Positions 22,639 through 36,000 of a DNA stretch of 64,000 bases are shown piece after piece; the stretch's first letter is position 1; the number at the start of each line of letters is the position of its first letter. A program made the position numbers and the translations under genes. The notes under the pieces were generated by a model. The model made no database searches and was not told where the DNA came from. It worked only from the letters and a program-made list of their open reading frames with translations. Location: contig NC_052147.1 in the NCBI RefSeq assembly GCF_902713615.1, positions 166,884,410 through 166,948,409 of the forward strand. The letters run 5' to 3'. This stretch comes from Scyliorhinus canicula. Taxonomy: Eukaryota.

Positions 22639-25600
22639 TGTTGTGTTCTGTTACTTCCTCGATAATGATGGTGCATATAGACCGTGAAGATATTGTTGCT
22701 ACAAGCATATATTCTTTGTGGTAACTCTGCATCACTAAGTACAAACGATTCCGTCTCCGGTTCTGATGTCTGTCGTCTTGTCCGTCCTTCTACCAAGTGC
22801 CTGGCTGCTGTCCATCATTTAATATACGAACAAAGAACAAAGAAAAGTACAGCTCAGGAACAGGCCCTTCGGCCCTCCAAGCCTGCCCGTCTAAACTAAA
22901 ATCTTCTACACATCTGCCCGGTCTGGTTCCACATGCTGGCGGGAGGTTATAGCTGTCCCTACATATGTTGGTCATTGTTTATATACAGTGGAACTGCTTT
23001 ATACAAATATATACATTGATACAGCTATGCACAATTATGGATAGATATGTCTGTGCGTATATCACCACACCCCACTCCTTTGGAGAAATTTTTAAATGAC
23101 CTTATTTACTTTGACATTTCTGCATTAAGAGAGAAGGGTTCAGTCACAGGTTCATTCTATCAGGCTTCTGCCGCACTCTGGACGACTGCCTGAGTATCAT
23201 CAGGGCTGGTGAGCATGCCCCATCTGCTTCGCTCACTGCTCCATCCACCGGCACCAACATAGATGCATCAGTTGCTCCAGGATGCGCCCATTTTCTCCAT
23301 CCATTTCTCTCTTGGGAGTTTACTCCAACTCATCTGCCAGGTTGAGGACAAAGGTTCGCTCTACCTTGAGATGAGCTCTTCGATTTTGGCGCAGGAATGA
23401 GTAATCTTCAGTGAGCACCCCGTATGAGTGTGGACTCGCTTGCTGTACAACCGTTGATAGCTTCGTCCACCCTCCATCATTGGGAGTCTCGACTCTAACT
23501 GTGTCACGCATTTGCAGAGGTTGGAGTGCCCTCGCAGTTTTGTCATCTGCAACGTCTTGTTTGTGCTTTTGTGAGATGAGCTTCGACTGGAGGTTTCTAT
23601 CTACTGTGTGGCCTACCATATAGGGCAGGGTTGGCTGCAGCTGCCTGTTCGTCAACAGCTGTGCTGGTTACAGGCCATTTCCTAGTGGGGCTGACCGGTA
23701 GCTGAGCAGGGTGAGGTACATGTCCTCCGCACTGTCTAATGCTTTCATGAGCAGCCATTTGACTGTATGAACGCCCTTCTCCGCCTTCCTATTTGACTGT
23801 GGATAGAGCAGGCTTGATATTACATGCTTGTAATCATACCGGTGAGCAAATGCAATCTATTCGTAATTGCTAAAACAGGGACCATTGTCCGACATGACAA
23901 TTGATGGTATGCCATGCTGTGCGAAGATCGATTTTATATGCTGGATCAAACAACTTGCTGTTGCGTTGGACAATTGCGCCTCCTCAGGGTAATTGGAAAA
24001 ATAATCAATGACCACCTTTATCCTTTAAAAGTGGAACAGGTCCATCCCGACGTTGTACCATGGGCTGGCAACAACTCCTTCGATTTACATGGGCACCTTG
24101 TTTTGCATACAGTAATGTGGTCACCATATTGAAGTATATTTGAGCTTTGTTTCCCCCCCCCCCCCCCCCCCCCCCACCAGAGAGACTTCATATACGGGTG
24201 CAGCTCTTGAGCGTGTGTAAGCGACAGCCAGAAATTTGCCTGGTGTATAGATCAATTTAAAATCACATTACTGAAGCTTCATCATGAGCAGTTGTATCCG
24301 TGGGGACATCTGGCAGTTTCTTGTAGACTATTGAGACCAACGGCTTGTGGTCCGTCTCAACGAAGAAGTGCATACACGTAATCATGGATCTCGCGCCTTC
24401 CTTCAGTTGTATACAGTCGGTGAATGGTAAGGTGCCAAACTCCTGAAATACCACCGGATGTGTCTTGGAAATGGCCTCCACCAAGACGTGTTGGGGAGAC
24501 TCCATGCAACTTGCAGCGTAAACCCTTTAGACTAGCCTGAGCTGTTCACAGGCCTGCACACCAATGAGTGATTTACGCTCTGCCGCAATTACGGAGAATC
24601 GTATCCTGTGAGTTATCTTGTTAATGGTGACATTCAGCTCACATTCTCCCACAGTCACAATCTGATGCCCATTGTAGCCCTTGAGAATGATGCCTGCTGG
24701 ATCAATGTGAGGTACTGTGTTGAACTGCCGCACAACCGAGAACGGAATCTGTTTGGCCCTCGCTCCCATATCAAGCTTACACTTCATGACCGTTCCACTG
24801 AGCATTACTTGGATCATCCACCTTTCCTCGATGGTCCCCACCTACCCCTCACCTATGACTGCAGACGGTGCACGTCCATTCTTGGCCCAGGTCGGCCAAA
24901 ACGTTTGAGTCATGTCTTGTAATCATATTCACAACAGCCCAGTGATCAACTTGTTATCCAGCTTCGGGTTCCTCTGTTCTGCCCGATCAACTGTGAAACA
25001 GCGAGCAAAGTGGCCCTTCCTGCCACACCGGTAATAGTTCTTGTTAAATTCCAGACATCTTTTCAGCGAGTGTCCGTTGCCACAGCTCAGGCACAAAATG
25101 TCGGATAAGATCTACTGTCCAAAATATCCACCCCCAGCGAGACCACATTTCTTGTGATGTCCAAAATGGCCACCCCCACGGAGACCATGGGCTCTCTGAT
25201 GCCTTTTATCGATTTGTTCCAAATGACCACCCCCAACATGAGGACTTTTCTTTCGCCAGAGCGGAGCAGTGTTCTCAAAAAAGCCGTCTGCCTCGAGGCC
25301 ATGTTTTGTGTCCGGCTGCATACCATAGCGTTCAAAATGGTCACATCAAGACCATAATTTGTTGCACTGCGTCTCAGAATTTGCAGTGCCAGAATCCTTT
25401 CTTGGATCGGCATTGAGTTTGTGGAAGGCCCTGACCCACTGTTCAGAGAGCTCACTTGCCTGGCACATCCTAATAGCGGCATCCAGCGTGAGATTGTCTT
25501 CTTCTAACAGCTGTTTTCGTAGCGCACTATCCGAGATCCCATATGCAATTTAGTCTCAGATCATAGAAGATTACAACTGTCCAAAATTGCATGACTGGTC

Positions 25601-25911
25601 CTTTAAATGCGGATCCATCAGAAAACTGTTGAAAAATTCCTTGTCTTTCTTGGCGCGAGACCAGAACACAATCCCGTCTCCATTACTGATCTCTATTGTC
25701 TTGACCGTCCTGCTAGCAAGTGTCTGGCTCTTGTGCGCCCTCTGATATATGTACATCTCTCTGGAATGTTTCCACCTGCTGGCGGGGGTTTATCGCTATC
25801 CCTCATGTGTTGATCATTTTCTATATACAGGGCCACTTTTATATACAAATGTATGCATTGATACAACTATGTACAATTATAGATAGATATGACTATACGT
25901 ATATTATCACA
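22639..25911 (-). mobile_element. Old, internally deleted Gypsy LTR retrotransposon
   Basis: 5-bp TSD GCTGT (22634-22638, 25912-25916). Diverged LTRs at 22639-23069 and ~25665-25911, PPT at ~23070-23081. Remnants of gag zinc knuckles (~25000-25085), protease (KLDMGA), RNase H (VETDHKPL) and integrase (23320-24060). Confidence 0.88.
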
Positions 25912-25955
25912 GCTGTGTTATTCCCAAGGGCAAAGTCTTCAAGTCCAGAAAGGTT

Positions 25956-26413
25956 GGGCGGGATTCTGCAGGAATCGGCGGGGCGGGCAACTCCGACACG
26001 AAGGAGTGGCGTGAACCACTCCGGCGCGGGGCCGCCGAAAAGGTGCGGAATCCTCCGCACGTTCAGGGGCTAGGCCGGCGCCGGTGTGGTTCACGCCACG
26101 CCGGCCGGCGCAGAAGGGGCTTGGCACCACGCCAACCGGCGCCGAAGGGCCTCCGCCGGCTGGCGCGAGCTGGCGCATGCGCACCTGTCGTAATTTATGC
26201 CAGTGGGACCGGCTGAAAACGGACAGCCTCTCGGCCCATTGCAGGCCGGAGAATCGCCGGGCAGGGGAGTGCTGCTAGCGGCCACCGACCGGCGCGGCGC
26301 GATTCCCGCCCCTGCCAAATCCCTTGCGCCGGAGAATTCGGCAGCCAGCGGGAGGATTCGCGCCGCCACCCGGCGATTCTCCGACCCGGTGGGGGGGGCG
26401 TAGAATCCCGCCC
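25956..26413. mobile_element. GC-rich Harbinger-type MITE
   Basis: GGGCGGGATTCT...AGAATCCCGCCC termini. Confidence 0.8.
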
Positions 26414-26619
26414 TTTATCTGTGAAAAACGGAGAGAAAAGATCAAGAAATCATTGGTTTTAGCACAAGTTTGTTGTACTACTGTGTCTCCCTCTAGCGTC
26501 CATAACCTTAAGGTCTTTGAGATCTCCAACGGTCCATGGTGATTTTGGTGACTGTGATATAGTCCCACCATCTTTTGCACAGTTACTGGATATTCCACCA
26601 ACATCTGGTACAATTTAAC

Positions 26620-27042
26620 AATAATCTCTTTATTGTCACAAGTCGGCTTACCTTAACACTGAAATGAAGTTACTCTGAAAAGCCCCTAGTCACCACATTC
26701 CAGCCCCTGTTAGGGCACACAGAGGGAGAATTCAGAATTCTCAGCTGGTATTGGAATTGAACCCAGGGTCCCAGCGTCAGGGTCCCAGGTTCGATTCCCG
26801 CTTGGGTCACTGTCTGTGCGGGGTCTGCACATTCTCCCCGTTTTTGCGTGGGTTTCCTCCCACAGTCCGAAGATGTGCAGGTTAGGTGGATTGGCTGTGA
26901 CAAATTGCCCTTGCGTTAGATGGGGTTGCAGGGTTACGGGGATAGGGTGGAGATGTGGAGTTAAGTAGGTTGCTCTTTCCAAGAGCCGGTGCAGACTCGC
27001 TGGGCTGAATGGCCAACTTCTGCACTGTAAATTCTATGATTC
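26620..27042. mobile_element. Two head-to-head SINE fragments (26620-26770 minus; ~26778-27042 plus V-SINE)
   Basis: B-box GGTTCGATTCCC, V core, and an ATTCTATGATTCT tail abutting the satellite. Confidence 0.75.
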
Positions 27043-30000
27043 TGTGCAGGGATCCCTAAGCAGATACAGTAATCTCTTGGCAAATGCAGGGATCTCTGGG
27101 CATGTATCGTGATCTCTGGGTGGACACAGTAATCCCTGGGTGGGAACAGTGATCTTGGGGCATGTATCCTGATATCTGGATGGACACAGTAATCCCTGGG
27201 TAGGAACAGTGATCTCTGGGCATGTAGGGTGATATCTGGGTGGGCACTTGTGATCTCTGGCTAGATGCAGGGATCTCTGAGCAAACACAGGGATCTCTGA
27301 GCAAACACAGGGATCTGTGAGCAAACACAGGGATCTGTGAGCAAACACAGGGATCTGTGAGCAAACACAGGGATCTCTAAGCAAACACAGGGATCTCTGG
27401 GCAGAGGCAGTGATCTCTGGATGGGAACAATGATCTCTGGACAGACACAGTTATCTCTGGGCAAGAACAATTATCTCTGGGCAGATACAGTAATTTTGGG
27501 TAGTTAAGATATCTCTGGGCAGGTACAGTGGTCTCTGGGCAGATGCAGGAATCTATGGGCAGACACAGGGATCTCTGGGCAGACAGAGTGATCTTGGGGC
27601 AGACAGAGTGATCTCGGGGCAGACACAGTGATCTCGGGGCAGACACAGTGATCTCGGGGCAGACACAGTGATCTCGGGGCGGACACAGTGATCTCTGGGC
27701 GGACACAGTGATCTCTGGCCAGACACAGTGATCTCTGGGCGGACACAGTGATCACTGGGCGGACACACTGATCTCGGGGCGGACACAGTGATCTCTGGGC
27801 AGACACAGTGATCTCTGGGCAGACACAGTGATCTCTGGGCAGACACAGTGATCTCTGGGCAGACACAATGATCTCTGGGCGGACACAATGATCTCTGGGC
27901 AGACACAGGGATCTCTGGGCGGACACAATGATCTCTGGGCGGACACAATGATCTCTGGGCAGACACAGGAATCTCTGGGCAGACACAGGGATCTATGGGT
28001 AGACAGAGTGATCTCTGGTTTGGAACAGGGATCTCAGGGCAGCCACAGGGATCTCTGGGCGGACACAGTGATCTCTGGGCAGACACAGTGATCTCTGGGC
28101 AGACACAAGGATCTCTGGGCAGACACAAGGATCTCTGGGCAGACACAGGGATCTCTGGGCAGACACAGTGATCTCTGGGCAGACACAGGGATCTCTGGGC
28201 AGACACAGGGATCTCTGGGCAGACACAGTGATCACTGGGTAGGAACAGTGATCTCTGGGCAGACACAGTGATCTCTGGGCGGACACAATGATCTCTGGGC
28301 GGACACAATGATCTCTGGGCAGCCACAGGGATCTCTGGGCAGACACAGTGATCTTTGGCCAGACACAGGGATCTCTGGAAAGTGCAGTGATCTCTGGACA
28401 GACACAGTGATGTCTGGGCAGACACAGTGATCTCTGGGCGGACACAGTGATCTCTGGGTGGACACAGTGATCTCTGGGTGGACACAGTGATCTCTGGGCA
28501 GACACAGTGATCTCTGGGCGGACACAGTGATGTCTGGGTAGACACAATGATGTCTGGGTTGGAACAGTGATGTCTGGGCAGATAGTTATCTCTGGGCAGA
28601 CACAGTGATCTCTGGGCGGACACAGGGATCTCTGGGCGGACACAGGGATCTCTGGGCGGACACAGGGATCTCTGGGCGGACACAGGGATCTCTGGGCGGA
28701 CACAGGGATCTCTGGGCGGACACAGGGATCTCTGGGCGGACACAGGGATCTCTGGGCGGACACAGTGATCACTGGGTTGGAACAGTGTTCTCTGGGAAGA
28801 CACAGGGATCTCTGGAAGGTACAGTGATTTCTGGGCAACACAGTGATCTCTGGGCGGACACAGTGATCTCTGGGCAGACACTGTGATCTCTGGCCGGACA
28901 CAGTGATCTCTGGGCAGACACTGTGATCTCTGGGCGGACACAGAGATCTCTAGGCAGACACAGTGATCTCTGGGCAGACACAGTGATCTCTGGGCAGACA
29001 CAGGGATCTCTGGAAAGTACAGTGATCTCTGGGCAGACACAGTGATCTCTGGGCAGACACAGTGATCTCTGGGCTGACACAGTGATCTCTGGGCAGACAC
29101 AGGGATCTCTGGGTTGGAACAGGGATATCTGGGCAGCCACAGGGATCTCTGGGCAGACACAGGGATCTCTGGGCGGACACAGGGATCTCTGGATAGACAG
29201 AGTATTCTCTGGGTTGGAACAGGGATCTCTGGGCAGCCACAGGGATCTCTGGGCAGCCACAGGGATCTCTGGGCAGCCACAGGGATCTCTGGGCAGACAC
29301 AGGGTTCTCTGGGCGGACACAGTGATCTCTGGGAAGACACAGGGATCTCTGGGCAGACACAGGGATCTCTGGGCAGACACAGGGATCTCTGGGCTGACAC
29401 AGTGATCTTTGGCCAGACACAGGGATCTCTGGAAAGTACAGTGATCTCTGGACAGACACAGTGATGTCTGGGCAGACACAGTGATCTCTGGGCGGACACA
29501 GTGATCTCTGGGCGGACACAGTGATCTCTGGGCGGACACAGTGATGTCTGGGTTGGAACAGTGATGTCTGGGTTGGAACAGTGATGTCTGGGTTGGAACA
29601 GTGATCTCTGGGCAGACACGGGGATCTCTGGGCAGACACAGTGATGTCTGGGCAGACTCTGATCTCTGGACAGACACAGTGATCTCTGGGTTGGAACAGT
29701 GATTTCTGGGCTGACACAGTGATCTCTGGGTTGGAACAGTGATCTCTGGGCAGACACGGTAATCTCTGGGCAGACACGGTAATCTCTGGGCAGACACAGT
29801 GATCTCTGGGCAGACACAGTGATCTCTGGGCAGACACAGTGATCTCTGGGCAGACACAGTGATCTCTGGGCAGACACAGTGATCTCTGGGCAGACACAGT
29901 GATCTCTGGGCAGACACAGTGATCTCTGGGCGGACACAGTGATCTCTGGGCTGGTACAGTGATCTCTGGGCGGACACAGTGATCTTGGGGCAGACACAGC

Positions 30001-33000
30001 GATCTCTGGGCAGATAGTGATCTCTGGGCAGACACAGTGATCTCTGGACGGACGCAGGGATCTCTGGGCGGACACGGGGATCTCTGGGTGGACACAGGGA
30101 TCTCTGGGCGGACACAGGGATCTCTGGGCGGACACGGGGATCTCTGGGTGGACACAGTGATCTCTGGGCGGACACAGAGATCTCTGGGCGGACACAGAGA
30201 TCTCTGGGCGGACACAGTGATCACTGGGTTGGAACAGTGATGTCTGGTTTGGAACAGTGATCTCTGGGCAGACACGGGGATCTCTGGGCAGACACAGTGA
30301 TGTCTGGGCAGACTCTGATCTCTGGACAGACACAGTGATCTCTGGGTGGACACAGAGATCTCTGGGCAGACACAGTGATCTCTGAGCAAACACAGGGATC
30401 TCTGAGCAAACACAGGGATCTCTGAGCAAACACAGGGATCTGTGAGCAAACACAGGGATCTCTGAGCAAACGCAGGGATCTCTGAGCAAACGCAGGGATC
30501 TCTGAGCAAACACAGGGATCTGTGAGCAAACACAGGGATCTCTGAGCAAACGCAGGGATCTGTGAGCAAACGCAGGGATCTGTGAGCAAACACAGGGATC
30601 TCTGGGCAAGAACAATTATCTCTGGGCAGATACAGTAATTGTGGGTAGTTAAGATATCTCTGGGCAGGTACAGTGGTCTCTGGGCAGATGCAGGAATCTA
30701 TGGGCAGACGCAGGGATCTCTGGGCAGACACAGTGATCTCGGGGCAGACACAGTGATCTCGGGGCAGACACAGTGATCTCGGGGCAGACACAGTGATCTC
30801 TGGGCGGACACAGTGATCTCTGGGCGGACACAGTGATCACTGGGCGGACACAGTGATCTCGGGACGGACACAGTGATCTCGGGGCGGACACAGTGATCTC
30901 TGGGCAGACACAGTGATCTCTGGGCAGACACAGTGATCTCTGGGCAGACACAGTGATCTCTGGGCAGACACAGTGATCTCTGGGCAGACACAATGATCTC
31001 TGGGCGGACACCATGATCTCTGGGCGGACACCATGATCTCTGGGCGGACACCATGATCTCTGGGCGGACACCATGATCTCTGGGCGGACACCATGATCTC
31101 TGGGCGGACACAGGGATCTCTGGGCGGACACAATGATCCCTGGGCGGACACAATGATCTCTGGGCAGACACAGGAATCTCTGGGCAGACACAGGGATCTA
31201 TGGGTAGACAGAGTGATCTCTGGTTTGGAACAGGGATCTCAGGGCAGCCACAGGGATCTCTGGGCGGACACAGTGATCTCTGGGCAGACACAGTGATCTC
31301 TGGGCAGACACAGGGATCTCTGGGCAGACACAGGGATCTCTGGGCAGACACAGTGATCACTGGGTTGGAACAGTGATCTCTGGGCAGACACAGTGATCTC
31401 TGGGCAGACACAGTGATCTCTGGGCGGACACAATGATCTCTGGGCAGACACTGTGATCTCTGGGCGGACACAGAGATCTCTGGGCAGACACAGTGATCTC
31501 TGGGCAGACACAGTGATCTCTGGGCAGACACAGGGATCTCTGGAAAGTACAGTGATCTCCGGGCAGACACAGTGATCTCTGGGCAGACACAGTGATCTCT
31601 GGGCGGACACAGTGATCTCTGGGCGGACACAGTGATCTCTGGGCGGACACAGTGATCTCTGGGCGGACACAGTGATCTCTGGGCAGACACAGTGATCTCT
31701 GGGCAGACACGTGGATCTCTGGGTAGACACAGTGATGTCTGGATTGGAACAGTGATCTCTGGGCAGACACGGGGATCTCTGGGCAGACACAGTGATGTCT
31801 GGGCAGACTCTGACCTCTGGACAGACACAGTGATCTCTGGGTTGGAACAGCGATCTCTGGGCAGACACAGTGATCTCTGGGCAGACACAGTGATCTCTGG
31901 GTTGGAACAGGGATCTCTGGGCAGACACAGGGATCTCTGGGTAGTCAGAGTGATCTCTGGGTTGGAACAGGGATATCTGGGCAGCCACAGGGATCTCTGG
32001 GCAGACACAGGGATCACTGGGCAGACACAGAGATCTCTGGGCAGACACAGTGATCTCTGGGCAGACAAGGTGATCTCTGGGCGGACACAGTGATCTCTGG
32101 GCGGACACAGTGATCTCTGGGCGGACACAGTGATCACTGGGCTGGAACAGTGATCTCTGGGCAGACACAGGGATCTCTGGGTTGGAACAGGGATATCTGG
32201 GCAGCCACAGGGATCTCTGGGCAGACACAGGGATCTCTGGGCGGACACAGGGATCTCTGGGCGGACACAGGGATCTCTGGGCGGACACAGGGATCTCTGG
32301 ATAGACAGAGTGTTCTCTGGGTTGGAACAGGGATCTCTGGGCAGCCACAGGGATCTCTGGGCAGCCACAGGGTTCTCTGGAAGGTACAGTGATTTCTGGG
32401 CAGACACAGTGATCTCTGGGCGGACACAGTGATCTCTGGGCAGACACAGTGATCTCTGGGCAGACACAGGGATCTCTGGGCAGACACAGGGATCTCTGGG
32501 CTGACACAGGGATCTTTGGCCAGACACAGGGATCTCTGGAAAGTACAGTGAACTCTGGACAGACACAGTGATGTCTGGGTTGGAACAGTGATGTCTGGGT
32601 TGGAACAGTGATCTCTGGGCAGACACAGTGATCTCTGGGCAGACACAGTGATCTCTGGGCAGACACAGTGATCTCTGGGCAGACACAGTGATCTCTGGGC
32701 AGACACAGTGATCTCTGGGCAGACACAGTGATCTCTGGGCAGACACAGTGATCTCTGGGCGGACACAGTGATCTCTGGGCGGACACAGTGATCTCTGGGC
32801 GGACACAGTGATCTCTGGGCTGGTACAGTGATCTCTGGGCGGACACAGTGATCTTGGGGCAGACACAGCGATCTCTGGGCAGATAGTGATCTCTGGGCAG
32901 ACACAGTGATCTCTGGACGGACGCGGGGATCTCTGGGCGGACACGGGGATCTCTGGGCGGACACGGGGATCTCTGGGCGGACACGGGGATCTCTGGGTGG

Positions 33001-36000
33001 ACACAGTGATCTCTGGGCGGACACAGAGATCTCTGGGCGGACACAGTGATCACTGGGTTGGAACAGTGATGTCTGGGTTGGAACAGTGATGTCTGGGTTG
33101 GAACAGTGATGTCTGGGTTGGAACAGTGATGTCTGGGTTGGAACAGTGATGTCTGGGTTGGAACAGTGATGTCTGGGTTGGAACAGTGATCTCTGGGCAG
33201 ACACGGGGATCTCTGGGCAGACACAGTGATGTCTGGGCAGACTCTGATCTCTGGACAGACACAGTGATCTCTGGGTGGACACAGAGATCTCTGGGCAGAC
33301 ACAGTGATCTCTGGGCGGACACAGGGATCTCTGGGCTGACACAGTGATCTTTGGCCAGACACAGGGATCTCTGGAAAGTACAGTGATCTCTGGACAGACA
33401 CAGTGATGTCTGGGAAGACACAGTGATCTCTGGGTAGACACAGTGATCTCTGGGCGGACACAGTGATCTCTGGGCGGACACAGTGATGTCTGGGTTGGAA
33501 CAGTGATGTCTGGGTTGGAACAGTGATGTCTGGGTTGGAACAGTGATCTCTGGGCAGACACAGTGATCTCTGGGCAGACACGGGGATCTCTGGGCAGACA
33601 CAGTGATGTCTGGGCAGACTCTGATCTCTGGACAGACACAGTGATCTCTGGGTTGGAACAGCGATCTCTGGGCAGACACAGTGATCTCTGGGCAGACACA
33701 GTGATCTCTGGGCAGACACAGTGATCTCTGGGCAGACACAGTGATCTCTGGGCAGACACAGTGATCTCTGGGTTGGAACAGTGACCGCTGGGTTGGAACA
33801 GTGATCTCTGGGCAAACTCAGTGACCGCTGGGTTGGAACAGTGATCTCTGGGCAAACTCAGTGACCGCTGGGTTGGAACAGTGATCTCTGGGCAGACACA
33901 GTGATCTCTGGGCAGACACAGTGATCTCTGGGCAGACACAGGGATATCTGGGCGGACACAATGATCTCTGGGCAGACACAGGGGGCGAAATTCTCCGCCC
34001 CCCACGACGGGTGGGAGAATAGCGGGAGGGCCTTCCCGACATTTTTGCCGCACTCCCGCTATTCTCCCCCCCCCCCGCCGAAGTCCCGACCCGAATCGCT
34101 GCCGCCGTTTTTTTACGGCCGGCAGCGATTCTCAGCTGTTAGATGGGCCGAAGTCCCAGCCCTTTCCGCCGTTTTTACGAACGGCAAACACACCTGGTCT
34201 TGCCGTTCGTAAAAACGGCGTCACAAACTCGCTATTAATAACCATGGCACCGATTGGCACGGCAGTACCACGGCCGTGCCAAGGGTGCCATGGGCCCGCG
34301 ATCGGTGGGCACCGATCGCGGGCAGCGGGCCCGATGCCCGCGCACTACTTGTCCTTCCGCCGCCCCGCAGTATCAATTCACGGGGCGGCTGAGGGGCAAC
34401 CCGGCCCGCGCATGCGCGGGTTTCGCGCAAAAACGCGATGACATCACCCGCGCATGCGTGGGTTGGAGTCTTCCAAACTGCGCATGCGCGGCTGACGTCA
34501 TATGACGCATCAGCCGGCGCTAACTCCGGCAAGCGGGCTTAACGATTTTCGTTAAGCCCGTCTTGCCGGAGCCTACGGCGTCGGGCTGCTAGCCCCGACC
34601 GGGGACCAGAATCGGTCCCCGGTCGGGAAGGGGCGCGCTGCCGTAAAACCCGCCCGGGTTTTACGGCAGCTTTACGATTTCTCCCGTTTTGGGAGAATCG
34701 CGCCCAGTGTTCTCTGGAAAATACAGTGATCTCTGGGCAGACACAGTGATCTCTGGGCAGACACAGTGATCTCTGGGCAGACACAGTGATCTCTGGGCAG
34801 ACACAGTGATCTCTGGGCAGACACAGTGATCTCTGGGCAGACACAGTGATCTCTGGGCAGACACAGTGATCTCTGGGCAGACACAGTGATCTCTGGGCAG
34901 ACCACAGGGATCTCTGGGCAGACACAGTGATCTTTGGCCAGACACAGGGATCTCTGGAAAGTACAGTGATCTCTGGGCAGACACAGTGATCTCTGGGTAG
35001 ACACAGTGATCTCTGGGTAGACACAGTGATCTCTGGGCAAGAACAATTATCTCTGGGCAGATACAGTAATTGTGGGTAGTTAAGATATCTCTGGGCAGGT
35101 ACAGTGGTCTCTGGGCAGATGCAGGATTCTATGGGCAGACACAGTGATCTTTGGGCAGACACAGGGATCTCTGGGCAGACACAGTGATCTCGGGGCAGAC
35201 ACAGTGATCTTGGGGCAGACACAGCGATCTCTGGGCTGACACAGCGATATCTGGGCGGACACAGCGATCTCGGGGCAGACACAGTGATCTCTGGGCGGAC
35301 ACAGTGATCTCTGGGCGGACACAGTGATCTCTGGGCGGACACTGATCTCTGGGCAGACACTGATCTCTGGGCAGACACAGTGATCTCTGGGTTGTAACAG
35401 TGATCTCTGGGCGGACGCAGTGATCTCTGGGCGGACGCAGTGATCTCTGGGCGGACGCAGTGATCTCTGGGCGGACACAGTGATCTCTGGGCGGACACAG
35501 TGATCTCTGCGCGGACACAGTGATCACTGGGCGGACACAGTGATCACTGGGCGGACACAGTGATCACTGGGCTGGAACAGTGATCTCTGGGCGGACACAG
35601 TGATCTCTGGGCGGACACAGTGATCTCTGGGCGGACACAGTGATCTCTGGGCGGACACAGTGATCTCTGGGTGGACACAGTGATCTCTGGGCGGACACAG
35701 TGATCTCGGGGCAGACACAGTGATCTCTGGGCGGACACAGTGATCTCTGGGCGGACACAGTGATCTCTGGGCGGACACAGTGACCTCTGGGTTGGAACAG
35801 TGATCTCTGGGCAGCCACAGGGATCTCTGGGCAGCCACAGTGATCTCTGGACAGACACAGTGATCTCTGGGCGGACACAGTGATGTCTGGGCGGACACAG
35901 TGATCTCTGGGCGGACACAGTGATCTCTGGGCGGACACAGTGATCTTTGGGCGGACACAGTGATCTTTGGGTGGACACAGTGATCTTTGGGTGGACACAG

